A stretch of 64,000 bases of DNA from Promethearchaeota archaeon Loki_b31 (GCA_005222975.1 NJBI01000002.1:71475-135474); one strand, 5' to 3'; counted from the stretch's first letter, positions 38,652 to 49,231 are shown. The notes: generated by a model from the letters alone, not told the origin. Program-made: numbers and translations.

Positions 38652-39551
38652 TTGGTTAAATTAATGGATATACCTGAAGAAGAATTTATTTACCCCGGTA
38701 CTAGAGCGTGCGCAGGATGCTCAATGGCGTTATTATATAGAATTGCTCTAAAAGCCCTTGGGCCAAAAACAATTATTACTGTACCAGCTTCGTGCCTAAC
38801 TGTTTTACACGGAATGCAAGGGTTTTGTACCACTAAAGTTTCTGTGCTTCATACTCCTTTTGCCACTACGGGCGCTTCTGCTTCTGGAATTGTAGCTTCA
38901 CTTGAAGATAAAGGATTAGCCAACGATGTTAATGTCGTTGCGTTTGCGGGGGATGGCGGAACTGTAGATATTGGAATTCAGAGTTTGAGCGGAGCGGTTG
39001 AGAGAGGGACCAACTTTATTTTTGCTTGTTATGATAACGAGGCGTATATGAATACAGGAGTTCAAAGAAGTGGAAGTACACCACCTGGTGCTTATAGCAC
39101 AACAACTCCTAATGGTAAAGTGGGGTATAAAAAAAATATGGCTAAAATTATGGAGGCACATGGCATCCCTTACGTTGCAACAGCAATTTCGTCTTATCCG
39201 CTTGATCTATACGATAAATTTAAGAACGCTCAAAATATTTTCGGTCCAAAATATATACACATTCTTGCTCCTTGCCCTCCGGGATGGGGATATAATCCAA
39301 AAGATTCAATTGAGATTGGGAGATTAGCTGTTCAAACGGGGTTCTGGCCGTTATATGAAGTAATTAACGGTAAGTTTATTTTATCAAAAGATAGTAAAAG
39401 ATTTTTAGACCCAACAAAACGCAAACCTATTGAGGAATATTTAAAAATCCAAAAAAGATTTAGAACCATCTCTGAGAGCCAAATTGAGAATTATAGACGA
39501 TATATTAGCGATCTATGGGAAGCGATTAAAGAAAGAATTGAAAAAAAATAA
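38652..39551 (+). CDS. porB: 2-oxoacid:ferredoxin oxidoreductase beta subunit
   Basis: ACAGC, GDGG...DNEAYMNTG TPP motif, PCPPGW. Confidence 0.93.
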   Translation: MVKLMDIPEEEFIYPGTRACAGCSMALLYRIALKALGPKTIITVPASCLTVLHGMQGFCTTKVSVLHTPFATTGASASGIVASLEDKGLANDVNVVAFAGDGGTVDIGIQSLSGAVERGTNFIFACYDNEAYMNTGVQRSGSTPPGAYSTTTPNGKVGYKKNMAKIMEAHGIPYVATAISSYPLDLYDKFKNAQNIFGPKYIHILAPCPPGWGYNPKDSIEIGRLAVQTGFWPLYEVINGKFILSKDSKRFLDPTKRKPIEEYLKIQKRFRTISESQIENYRRYISDLWEAIKERIEKK

Positions 39552-39671
39552 CTTATTTTCAACAGATTTTTTTTAGTTATTTTAATTTTTTCTAATTTTA
39601 TTATTTTAACAACATAGTTAAGATATAGAAAAAAATATAAATTATTTAGAGTTAAAAATTATTGATTATCT

Positions 39672-40457
39672 ATGCTGAAGACATACATTTTCAACGAACC
39701 TAATAAAAAATGGGTCGAGGAAAACACAAGCTTACTTTACCACGATTTATGCGCTATTTTGGATGAAGAGCGTAAAATTATCTATCTATGGAACGGGCCA
39801 AAAAGCTCTAAAGAAAGGCTTAATAGAGGATATAAATTGTTAGAAAATTTAATGTCCAACTATCCTCACATACATTTCCAATTATCTATTTTAAAGAAAG
39901 AAATTCCAGATTATATTCAAAATAAATTGGATTTAATGTTAAAAGAAATAAAACAAGAAGACGAAAGAGAGCACCAAAAGTTTACAAGATTTATTACAAT
40001 TAGGTTATATTTAATTTTTCTAGTAGTGTCTTTGATTTTACCGATATTATCTGCTTTAAATTTAGGTTCTTCTTTGTCTTGGACGAATGTTGGCAATAAT
40101 TTTGAGGTTAGTGCGGATTTGTACCATAATTGGCTCTATGTTTCGTATATATTAATAGTAATTTCTTTGATTTCTTTTGTTATTATTACAACGATAGGTA
40201 TCTTTGAGATCGAACATCAAGCTATTGTTTTTTCCTTATTAGGCGTGATAATTTGCAGCGGAATAGCGTTTTATCTACACCAAGGAATTTTCTTGTTTAT
40301 ATTTGAAGAAGGATCAACCACTTCAATTTATTATATCAAACAAAATGATATCTTTATATTTTTAATTGTAATTATTACAGGCATTATGATTTTTGAGTTA
40401 CCAAATGTGAAAAAACTCATCTCATTCATTATATCCTACAGAAAATATATTTTTTGA
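39672..40457 (+). CDS. gelsolin-like domain fused to four transmembrane helices
   Basis: LLYHDLCAILDEERKIIYLWNGPKSSKER resembles the gelsolin-repeat core; followed by four hydrophobic segments. Confidence 0.65.
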   Translation: MLKTYIFNEPNKKWVEENTSLLYHDLCAILDEERKIIYLWNGPKSSKERLNRGYKLLENLMSNYPHIHFQLSILKKEIPDYIQNKLDLMLKEIKQEDEREHQKFTRFITIRLYLIFLVVSLILPILSALNLGSSLSWTNVGNNFEVSADLYHNWLYVSYILIVISLISFVIITTIGIFEIEHQAIVFSLLGVIICSGIAFYLHQGIFLFIFEEGSTTSIYYIKQNDIFIFLIVIITGIMIFELPNVKKLISFIISYRKYIF

Positions 40458-40554
40458 TCTGTTAAGTTTCAATTTAAAAGAAATGTTTTTAAATATTAAC
40501 TTAATAATTTTTAGATAAGTGTCTTAAATTAAAAGAAATTATAAGATAATTGAT

Positions 40555-41442
40555 ATGGCTGAAGCAGCAAAATTACTTGAGAAAAAAAAGCTGGAAAAGG
40601 AAGATTTAAGAATTTTAATGGGAATTGAGATCGGAATGAAAAGATCTAAATATGTTACGATAAATAACATAAAATTCTACTCTAGGAATCCAATAGAAGA
40701 AACCTTATTTCGTCTTAAAAAAGTACATAAATTAGATTTAATAATAAGAGATTCTTCTAAAAATGATATAGCATATACCCTTAATTCTATTGGTTACGAT
40801 GCACTAGCTCTTCACACCTTGGTTGAGAGAGAGATAATTAGTAAGTTAGGACCTATAATAGGTAAAGGTAAAGAATCAGACGTCTATGGTTGTATGGACG
40901 ATAACGAAAATATTTTCGCTTTAAAAATTTATAGGATGGGAAGGACCAGTTTTAAAAACATTAAGATGTTAAGAAGCTTTCTTGGTGATCGAAAACATAT
41001 ATCTTGGTTGTATGTTAACAGACTTGCCGCTAAAAAAGAATTTGACGCTTTAAGTAAAATTTACAAACTTAAATTAGATACACCTAAACCAATAGGTTTT
41101 AATCGACATATAATAGTAATGTCATACTTAAGAGGAAAAGAATTAGCGTATTATCAAAATCTTAAAAATCCAAATAAGATTTTTAACAAGATCATCAAAC
41201 AAATTAAAGTAATTTATCAAAAAGCGAATATGATCCATGGAGATCTAGGAGAATTCAATATAGTAGTAGATAATAAAGGAAATATATTAATAATCGATTG
41301 GCTACAATGGATTCCGTCAGATCACCCAAACGCAAAATCAATTTTAGAAAGAGATATTGAAAATGTGTGTAACTTCTTTCAAAAGAAATACCATATAGAA
41401 AGCAACCCTGTTGAGATTATTCAATCATTTAAAAAAAAGTAA
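40555..41442 (+). CDS. rio2: RIO2 atypical Ser/Thr kinase
   Basis: N-terminal wHTH, GYDALAL, GKESDVY, GRTSF, IHGDLGEFN, IIDWLQ. Confidence 0.93.
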   Translation: MAEAAKLLEKKKLEKEDLRILMGIEIGMKRSKYVTINNIKFYSRNPIEETLFRLKKVHKLDLIIRDSSKNDIAYTLNSIGYDALALHTLVEREIISKLGPIIGKGKESDVYGCMDDNENIFALKIYRMGRTSFKNIKMLRSFLGDRKHISWLYVNRLAAKKEFDALSKIYKLKLDTPKPIGFNRHIIVMSYLRGKELAYYQNLKNPNKIFNKIIKQIKVIYQKANMIHGDLGEFNIVVDNKGNILIIDWLQWIPSDHPNAKSILERDIENVCNFFQKKYHIESNPVEIIQSFKKK

Positions 41443-41450
41443 ATTTAGAA

Positions 41451-42071
41451 TTAATGTTTATTTAGACTTCCTTGAATAATCACATCTTCTATATTCTCTA
41501 AAAACTCAGTCTTAAGGTTTATTGTATGTGTTTTTAAATATGCTATTAAATCATCTACTTTCAATTGTTTTCGTAGGATTGATAATCTTAAAAGCGAATC
41601 CTTTTGACCAACTCGAATAAATTCGCCCAAACCTTTCTTTATGACTGGTAAATTTTGGAGTGATGTGATTGAAAAAATTGCATTAAAGCTATCCTGTCTT
41701 AGCGGTAAGTTTTCGATATCTCCTAAAATTAGATTTATATCTTCAATATCTTTTAATTTTTTAGATTTGTCACAAAAGTTCATTAGCATTTTCCAAGAGA
41801 TATCTATTCCAATATATTTGACCTTCTTCTTTATATTATCGATATTTAAGTTAAAAACATATTCAATTAATAGGCCTGTACCACAACCAGCGTCTAGAAT
41901 GGTTTTATAATTTAAATTACAATTTCTAAAAAGAATTTTATACTTTTCTTTTTGGATTTTACTATATCTATTATCATAGAAGCTTGAGGTTGAATTATAT
42001 TTCTCAATAATATTTTTTTTCTTATCTAAATCTTTATTTAAAAGTTTCAAGAAAATTACCAAACAGATCAA
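41451..42071 (-). CDS. class I SAM-dependent methyltransferase
   Basis: ILDAGCGTG, GIDIS..ML, GDIENLP. Confidence 0.88.
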   Translation of the reverse strand: MICLVIFLKLLNKDLDKKKNIIEKYNSTSSFYDNRYSKIQKEKYKILFRNCNLNYKTILDAGCGTGLLIEYVFNLNIDNIKKKVKYIGIDISWKMLMNFCDKSKKLKDIEDINLILGDIENLPLRQDSFNAIFSITSLQNLPVIKKGLGEFIRVGQKDSLLRLSILRKQLKVDDLIAYLKTHTINLKTEFLENIEDVIIQGSLNKH

Positions 42072-42181
42072 AATATAAGAATAATTAATATCCGATAAAA
42101 AGGTTTTAATTCAAAAAAGTTTTTCTTTAAATTATCTTTTCAATAATTATATTATAAATGTTTTTTAGTAAAGGTTAAAAT

Positions 42182-42439
42182 ATGTCAAACCAAAATATTA
42201 GAAATAGGAACCCTCTAGCAATCCTTCAAAATGCCCAGAACAGTCAGATATTGCTCAGACTAAAAGATGGCACTGAATATAAAGGGCTCTTAAAAGAAAT
42301 TGATGCTTACATGAACATGATTCTAGAAGATGCGACTGAAATCATGGAGGGTAGTCCCGTAGCTAAATATAACGAAATATTTATTCGTGGTAATAATTTG
42401 CTTTTCATAAAACCGGACGCAAATCAGCTAAAAATATAA
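42182..42439 (+). CDS. Sm-like archaeal protein (Lsm/SmAP)
   Basis: PL..L, LKDG.EYKG.L...D.YMN..L, IFIRGNN. Confidence 0.93.
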   Translation: MSNQNIRNRNPLAILQNAQNSQILLRLKDGTEYKGLLKEIDAYMNMILEDATEIMEGSPVAKYNEIFIRGNNLLFIKPDANQLKI

Positions 42440-42520
42440 AAATCAAAAAATCTGAAGCATATCATCTAATCTAATTTCCTCGTTTCAAATGCTCAATTTT
42501 TAATTCTTAAATTATGTAAA

Positions 42521-42964
42521 TTGATTGATAATAAAAGCTCAGATTCCAATCTCGTATCAATTATTGGTTATGGAACTTTCATAACTCGGAATCTCTGGAA
42601 GGATAAACTCAATGTTGAAGTATGTCTTGTAAAAAATTTTACAAGAGTTTTTCCTAAAAATAGTTGGTTTCCTTATGTTTTACCTTCAAAGAATTCCTTT
42701 TGGACTTTAAAATTTGATGTGAACCAACAAGAATTAGAATTGTTAGATTCAATCGAAGGAGTTTTTGATGATTTATTTGAACGAATAATCACCGAAGTTT
42801 ATTTAAAAAATAATAGAAAATTGTCTGCTTATATCTATATACCTACAAAAAAGACAATAGCTTCACAAAAATTATCTCTGGAATTAGATAAAACCGATCG
42901 ATGGAAGGAAGAAATTAAAAAATATCCCGAGATTGTTGAAACATTTCCCGAATTGGTGTTATAA
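42521..42964 (+). CDS. gamma-glutamylcyclotransferase-like protein
   Basis: GYGT, LD.IEG, AYIY. Confidence 0.7.
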   Translation: MIDNKSSDSNLVSIIGYGTFITRNLWKDKLNVEVCLVKNFTRVFPKNSWFPYVLPSKNSFWTLKFDVNQQELELLDSIEGVFDDLFERIITEVYLKNNRKLSAYIYIPTKKTIASQKLSLELDKTDRWKEEIKKYPEIVETFPELVL

Positions 42965-43861
42965 TTATTTGATTAATTTTGGTTTTACCAAATTATTTTT
43001 TATAACGGCGTAGGACGCTGGATTTGGTGAAAACTTACCTAGATAATTAGCAGAAGAAAATATAGATAACAACCGCTCGTTGAAAAACCATCTATAACCT
43101 TCAGGGAAAACTTCGTGCGCTCTAATTAAATATTTTAAACTATACTCTTTCATAAAATCATTAAAAACATCTTCTCCAAAAGATTTAATTCCAGGACCTC
43201 TAAAACTTTCTGAGAATCCTTTTAAGTCGGATTTAGGGTCATTCCACATAATTTGTACTAGGCTTTTTGCTATAGTTTTGAATACAGAAACAATATCTCT
43301 TGGTTTTAATCCTCTCAACTTCCTTAAAATCGCGATATCTTCGGGAATCCCGCCATGCAGACATAATATGCCTTTATTTACTAAAGCACAAAAGGGAAGT
43401 ACATTGTATACGGCTAAAACTTCGTCAAATTTTTTTTGATCATTAAATCTGTATTTAAATTCTTGGAAGAATCCATAAGCCTTGTTCATTTCCAAAGTTT
43501 CGTGATTCCCTTTTAATAGATAGTATCTATTTGGATATCTAATTTTTAACGCAAGAACCAAAATTAAACATTCTAACTGATTTGTACCCCGATCAACGAT
43601 ATCACCTAGAAAAATTACAAACTCAGGTTTTTTTTCATCTATTATTTCAATCAATCTCTGTAAAGTTTCTAAATTTCCATGAATATCTCCAATAACCCAT
43701 ACTTCGCTTTCGGAATCATCGAGGTTAAACTCTAATAACAATTTTTCTTCTTTAAAAATCTCTTCTGCTTTTCTTAAAATCTGTGAAATATAATTGAAAT
43801 CTAATTTAGAGATTTTATATGGTTCCTTTATAATGTTGTTTAAAAACGGTTTATCTATCAT
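42965..43861 (-). CDS. PPP-family Ser/Thr protein phosphatase
   Basis: GDIHG, GDIVDRG, GNHE, HGGI, WNDP, RAHE, FSSANY. Confidence 0.93.
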   Translation of the reverse strand: MIDKPFLNNIIKEPYKISKLDFNYISQILRKAEEIFKEEKLLLEFNLDDSESEVWVIGDIHGNLETLQRLIEIIDEKKPEFVIFLGDIVDRGTNQLECLILVLALKIRYPNRYYLLKGNHETLEMNKAYGFFQEFKYRFNDQKKFDEVLAVYNVLPFCALVNKGILCLHGGIPEDIAILRKLRGLKPRDIVSVFKTIAKSLVQIMWNDPKSDLKGFSESFRGPGIKSFGEDVFNDFMKEYSLKYLIRAHEVFPEGYRWFFNERLLSIFSSANYLGKFSPNPASYAVIKNNLVKPKLIK

Positions 43862-43998
43862 TTTTTAATCTTATTTGCAAGTAAAATTTTTAATTTATCT
43901 CTAATAATTGTACTTTAACTTTTAAATTAATATCTTGCATTATTAGAATTAGTGTTAATAAAAAATCTCAAAGAAACGATTTTTTTTGTTAAAATTCC

Positions 43999-46038
43999 AT
44001 GAAAATGCCGTCGTCTAAAAGCAGTATACCAATTTTGGAAAACATAATTAACAAATTCGAAAATGAGATAGTTACCGAAAAGAAGAATAATAAAGATCGT
44101 GGAGTAGTTTATACACCTCAACCAATTGCGGACTTTATGGTATTAAACATTTTTAGAATCTTTTTTGACGATTTTTTAGAGCTAAGAAAAGTCTTTCAAA
44201 CAAACTGTGATTACACCAGTCTAAAACAATTACTCGCAAAAAATAAAAGTCTTAAAGATAGATTTGAAACAAAAATAAGAAATATTAAAATTCTAGACCC
44301 AGCTTGTGGTACGGGAAGATTTTTGATCGCCATTGCGGAAGTTCTTTTTAATATCAATAAAATATTTGAGCTAGGGTGCCCCGATTACGATATTAAGAAA
44401 AAAATAATTCAAAACAATCTATACGGAATCGAAATTGATAAGTCGGCATACTTAATATCAAAACTAAGACTAATAATGTGGCTTTATTCAGATGTTGAGG
44501 CCCCATTTTTAGACGGATGTGCTTGTACTAATTCAAATTTAGACGAAATTGAAAATTATATCATTAAAATCAACCTGAACTTTAATATTGTTAATTTAGA
44601 TTATCTTCTTGAATTTGATTCAACTGATATTGATATCATAATCGGAAACCCTCCTTACGTCGAAAATAAGAAGATATTAGATTTAGAATTCAAAAAAAAA
44701 ATCAAAAAAAAATTTGAATCTGCTTATAGATTGTTTGATCTTAGTATTATTTTTATTGAAAAATCGATAGAATTATTGAAAAAAGGAGTTGGATGCCTAT
44801 CTTTTTTAACTACTAATAAATTTTTATCAGCCGATTACGGCCTGAAAATTAGGGAGATGTTATTGCGAGATACAGAGCTTAAGGAAATTATTAATGTATC
44901 TTCATTACCAATATTTCAAAAAACAGCAGCTTATCCAATAATAATTTCTTTTAAAAAAAGAACTAACACAGGCAATGCGATTCTAATAAAAAAGTTTGAG
45001 AGCATGAAAGATTTTAAGTATTTGCAAAACGAAAAAATAACTGAATTACCCCAAGATTCAATAAAAAACCTTCCTTCATCTGTAATACCAATATCCCCTG
45101 ATATAAACTTAGTTAACTTCTTGTATACAAATTTCAAACCAATGATACAAGTTATAAAGGGTTTAAAAATTATATATCGTCCTTTCGGGTTCATTAAATG
45201 GGCGGAACATTTCAAAAATATTAGTAAAAATAAGACTTCTAATAAAGATTTAATATTGATAGGAACCGGAAATGTTGGTAAATATTATATTGATTTCAAA
45301 AAACGCATAAAAATCGCAAAAGTAAATCATGAAATATCATATTTTAGCTTTCAATCAGAGCAAAAAGAAGTTTGGGATAACTTAAATAGTGAAAAAATAA
45401 TTTTTAGGGAAATTGCTAAGGAAATTACTTGTGTGTACGATCCGGGTATTTACGTTAATTTAACTGGGCTCTATTTTTTAAGGGTACCTTCATTTAAAAC
45501 AAACGACTATTTTTGTTTGCTTGCGATAATGAATTCAGATATTATTAATTCTGTATTTAAAGCATTATACGGAACTCTTCATATGTCTGGAGGGTATTTA
45601 AGGTATAACGGAAGTTTTATAAAAAAACTGCCCATGCCAGAGATTTTTCCCACATCCCTTTCTTATCTAGGTAAAATAATTCAATTTTTATCGCAATTAA
45701 GATTTGAAATTCTCCAAGAACCAAACGATGAAATTCAATTATTAGAAATCGAAAAACTCTTAAATTTTTATCAAAGCCTAACAAATTCTTTAGTTGCTCA
45801 ACTATATTTACAATTCGAGCCTTATGATGAATTAAATAAATTATTAAATTCTCCTAATTCAATACCAAATATAAAAATTAAAAATTTTAAATGTCGTTTT
45901 GATCTGCCAAAATACTTTACTTATTTAAAGGGAGAATTGAAGGAAAACCTAAATCAAATTAATAATTCATTTAATTATTTATATGGTAATTCGAAATTGG
46001 TGGATCAAATAAACAAATGTTTGGTGTATAAATTCTAA
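43999..46038 (+). CDS. N6-adenine DNA methyltransferase (gamma class, Eco57I/TaqI-like) with C-terminal target-recognition region
   Basis: GVVYTP, ILDPACGTG, IGNPPY, FREI, LHMSGGYLRY; no endonuclease domain or partner seen. Confidence 0.88.
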   Translation: MKMPSSKSSIPILENIINKFENEIVTEKKNNKDRGVVYTPQPIADFMVLNIFRIFFDDFLELRKVFQTNCDYTSLKQLLAKNKSLKDRFETKIRNIKILDPACGTGRFLIAIAEVLFNINKIFELGCPDYDIKKKIIQNNLYGIEIDKSAYLISKLRLIMWLYSDVEAPFLDGCACTNSNLDEIENYIIKINLNFNIVNLDYLLEFDSTDIDIIIGNPPYVENKKILDLEFKKKIKKKFESAYRLFDLSIIFIEKSIELLKKGVGCLSFLTTNKFLSADYGLKIREMLLRDTELKEIINVSSLPIFQKTAAYPIIISFKKRTNTGNAILIKKFESMKDFKYLQNEKITELPQDSIKNLPSSVIPISPDINLVNFLYTNFKPMIQVIKGLKIIYRPFGFIKWAEHFKNISKNKTSNKDLILIGTGNVGKYYIDFKKRIKIAKVNHEISYFSFQSEQKEVWDNLNSEKIIFREIAKEITCVYDPGIYVNLTGLYFLRVPSFKTNDYFCLLAIMNSDIINSVFKALYGTLHMSGGYLRYNGSFIKKLPMPEIFPTSLSYLGKIIQFLSQLRFEILQEPNDEIQLLEIEKLLNFYQSLTNSLVAQLYLQFEPYDELNKLLNSPNSIPNIKIKNFKCRFDLPKYFTYLKGELKENLNQINNSFNYLYGNSKLVDQINKCLVYKF

Positions 46039-46058
46039 TTTTTAATAGATATAAAAAA

Positions 46059-46655
46059 TTATTTACACTCCTCTTTAGATAATTCACTAAGTAAATTTAT
46101 TGTTCTTGATGTATTAAAAATTCCACATACGCAAGGTTTTGCTAATTCTTCAGCAGCGTTTTCAATTGAAATTTTATCTTTTTTAATTAAGTCTAAGTAG
46201 TATTCTACTGATTGTGGTGAAACACAATGATGCCCGCACATAGTAGTTATTTCTAAGATTTTGTCTGAAGGTAGAAGTTCTTTTTTTCCAAATGTACCGA
46301 GAGAAAGGTGAACAGTATGCATTTCCAGATCTACATCTTTAAGAACATCCTCAATTTCATTCAATAAACCACTTACTACTATAGAAATACCTAAATCTTC
46401 TTTTTTTAAAGTCTGGATTACTCTACTTACATCTTTAATTTCGGTGAAAGCTGCTTGAATTACGGACGAGATTTTCCAAGCTTTTTCTGTTAAAATATTT
46501 GTAGGGTTATGGTTTTTAAATATTTGGGCAATTCTTAGTAATTTCTGGCGAGCGTCAGGATGTTTATCATTTTTACCTGCTGCAAGCATTGCTAAGATTA
46601 CATAATCACCCTTTAAATTATCAAAATCTCCTTTTCTATGCAAAGAATGCGTCAT
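46059..46655 (-). CDS. hypothetical putative metal-binding protein
   Basis: MTHSLHR, TTMCGH, PCVCGIFN. Confidence 0.75.
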   Translation of the reverse strand: MTHSLHRKGDFDNLKGDYVILAMLAAGKNDKHPDARQKLLRIAQIFKNHNPTNILTEKAWKISSVIQAAFTEIKDVSRVIQTLKKEDLGISIVVSGLLNEIEDVLKDVDLEMHTVHLSLGTFGKKELLPSDKILEITTMCGHHCVSPQSVEYYLDLIKKDKISIENAAEELAKPCVCGIFNTSRTINLLSELSKEECK

Positions 46656-46675
46656 TTATAGTTACCTCCAATACG

Positions 46676-47377
46676 CTATACCTTTCCTAACCCAATATTT
46701 ACTTTCGCATTTGGGTTTATTTGGTACCCTTTTTTGGCAAGAACATCGATTATTGGAATTTCTTTTCCGTTTAAAACGCGTGATATAACTCCAACAGTGA
46801 ATACTGTATCAATTCTTTTTTCTACTTCCCTGATTATTTTTATAACACTGTCAATTTTCCCACATGGGATTTTAAATTCTATGATCGCGGATAGAACTCT
46901 TTCATTTTTAATATCCTCATTAATTTTAGTTCGATCCTCGGTCAAAAGTGCTGTAATAGGGCTTGCTTCCTCATACTCGACTCCAATCTTAGTTAACGGT
47001 TTTACGAAGAGATCTACATTTTTAAGGCAAGTTCCAACACCTGGACGTCCAATTTCAATAGATATACCGATTTCACCTAAACCGAAACGATTAGTAATAT
47101 CATTTGTTTTCATTTCTTCAGTACCTCTTCCTGGAACTCCTGTTAATTTATGCGTAGACACGACATCGCTAAAAGGATTTCTTACTAAACGTGGCCACTT
47201 TAATCTTTTAGGTCTAATTGCCTTTACAAGACATTTCGCATTCCTGTAACACACATTACACTCCACACATAAGTTATCGTTTATTATTGCCTTATTTTCA
47301 ATCATCTTAATAGCATTAGTTGGACATATTAGGACGCAGTTTCCACAGCCAATACAGAGCCCTTCTTTTATTTTCAT
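46676..47377 (-). CDS. 2x[4Fe-4S] ferredoxin-domain protein with uncharacterised C-terminal domain
   Basis: CIGCGNCVLICP, CVECNVC...C; GRGTEEMKTND, GRPGVG. Confidence 0.8.
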   Translation of the reverse strand: MKIKEGLCIGCGNCVLICPTNAIKMIENKAIINDNLCVECNVCYRNAKCLVKAIRPKRLKWPRLVRNPFSDVVSTHKLTGVPGRGTEEMKTNDITNRFGLGEIGISIEIGRPGVGTCLKNVDLFVKPLTKIGVEYEEASPITALLTEDRTKINEDIKNERVLSAIIEFKIPCGKIDSVIKIIREVEKRIDTVFTVGVISRVLNGKEIPIIDVLAKKGYQINPNAKVNIGLGKV

Positions 47378-47564
47378 AATCGATTCAAATTTTTTAAAAA
47401 TATTAAAGAAACTAATTTATCTAAAAATTATAAGCTTTCACATTTCTGCTAATTTCGAACTTAAATATTTATAATCCTAGAACCAAATTTTTACTATTAA
47501 AAAAAAACGTTAAAATAGATGCTAATATAATATATTATTTAATTAAAATTTATGAAAAAAAAAA

Positions 47565-49019
47565 GTGGTTTATAAAATGGAAAATTCTACATCAGAAAAA
47601 TTAGGTTTGGCACCTCCAAAATTTAATACAAAGCAACGTGTACATTGGGGCTTAGCAAGTTTTGGTGGAGCAATCATAAGCGGAACTTATGCTTCGCTTT
47701 TGTCGATTTTTTATGTCGATTATTTAGGCCTTGTTGGACCTTATGCCTATTTAGTGGTTATTATGAGCATAGCTTACGCTGTTTGGAACGCTATTAACGA
47801 CCCTCTTTTTGGTTTCTACTCTGATCGCGCAAAATTAAAAAAAGGAAGAAGAATTCCATTCATGCGCTATACAGCGCCGTTTCTTGGTTTATCTTTTATT
47901 CTTGTTTGGTTTGCCCCGATTAGTCCTGACAAAATATATGTTTTTTGGTGGATGCTAGTAACAACATTCCTGTATGATACTGGCTATACTATCGTGTTCC
48001 TAATATATTCAGCGCTCCCTCCTGAGATAACTGAAGATGAACAAGAAAGAAATAAATTATCTGTATTTGCCTCATTTTTTTATTTATTAGGGACAATTTT
48101 AGGATTCCTAATTCCAGACTTCTTCCGAAGCGAACAAGGAATATTCCCTCTACAAATGGCCATGATAGCAGTTGGAATCGTTGGAACTCTCTTTATATTA
48201 TATACTACATTTAAGTTTAAAGAACGTCCAGAATTTACAAAAGTAGATGCTCCTCTCAAAATTAAAGATGCTATAAAATATACATTTAAAAGCAAATCGT
48301 TTATTATTCTTGTTTCAGCCAATTTTATGAGCATATTTATGCAACAGATGATTTTGGGTTCGATGTTTTACTTGGCTGATTATGTAACGCAATCAAATAC
48401 TATCCTATTGCTTGTAGCTATATTCGTTCCGCTTATATTCGGAGTATGGATAACCCCAAAATTGATTGCAAAATTTGGAGTTGTAAGGGCTGATCAAATC
48501 TTATTGACAATCGGAGCTACGGGTTTACTGCTTTTAACATTTATTCCTACTACAATAATATATTTTAGCCTTGCTCTTGCAGGTATTGGGCTTGTAGGGC
48601 CATTAGTTCTGACTAATGTAATGTTCGCTCAAGTGATCGACGAAGATGAGTTAAAAACTGGAGTTAGAAGAGAAGCAGTTTATTTTGGCATGAATGCTTT
48701 TATTACTAAACCGGCACAGAGCGTTGCACTTGCTATTCCAGCTGTTTTGTTGACTATAGCTCACTTCGTTCCCAGAAATGCATTGGGGGAGATTCAAACT
48801 CAAACACATCCGGCTGACGTTGATTTCGCAATTAGAGCTTTTATGGGGTTAATTCCAGCCATTGCATTGTATATTGAGGTTTTAATTTTGCAACTTTATC
48901 CATTAAAGGGAGAGTATTTGGCAAAAGTTCAAAAAGAAATTCTTGTTTTACACGACGAAAAACATGCTAAACTGATGGAATTGGAAAAACAACAAAAGCC
49001 AGATAGAAATCAACAATAA
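47565..49019 (+). CDS. MFS transporter, glycoside-pentoside-hexuronide (MelB-like) family
   Basis: WNAINDPLFG..SDR, GRRIPF, DEDELKTGVRREAVYFG; many TM helices. Confidence 0.9.
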   Translation: MVYKMENSTSEKLGLAPPKFNTKQRVHWGLASFGGAIISGTYASLLSIFYVDYLGLVGPYAYLVVIMSIAYAVWNAINDPLFGFYSDRAKLKKGRRIPFMRYTAPFLGLSFILVWFAPISPDKIYVFWWMLVTTFLYDTGYTIVFLIYSALPPEITEDEQERNKLSVFASFFYLLGTILGFLIPDFFRSEQGIFPLQMAMIAVGIVGTLFILYTTFKFKERPEFTKVDAPLKIKDAIKYTFKSKSFIILVSANFMSIFMQQMILGSMFYLADYVTQSNTILLLVAIFVPLIFGVWITPKLIAKFGVVRADQILLTIGATGLLLLTFIPTTIIYFSLALAGIGLVGPLVLTNVMFAQVIDEDELKTGVRREAVYFGMNAFITKPAQSVALAIPAVLLTIAHFVPRNALGEIQTQTHPADVDFAIRAFMGLIPAIALYIEVLILQLYPLKGEYLAKVQKEILVLHDEKHAKLMELEKQQKPDRNQQ

Positions 49020-49231
49020 TTCGAATATTTAACCAAAAATTAATTTTTTTTTTTAATTCTGAAAAATAAATTTTATAAAAATTTATTAATGATTTGAGTT
49101 TTTGTTTCCAAACTTAACACCAAGTACGAATTGAAATAAATTTTCACTATTCGAAAATATAATAATAAAATCTAAATTTTATTGAATTAATTTAATTTTA
49201 TATTAATATTAAAAAATAACTAATATTATTC

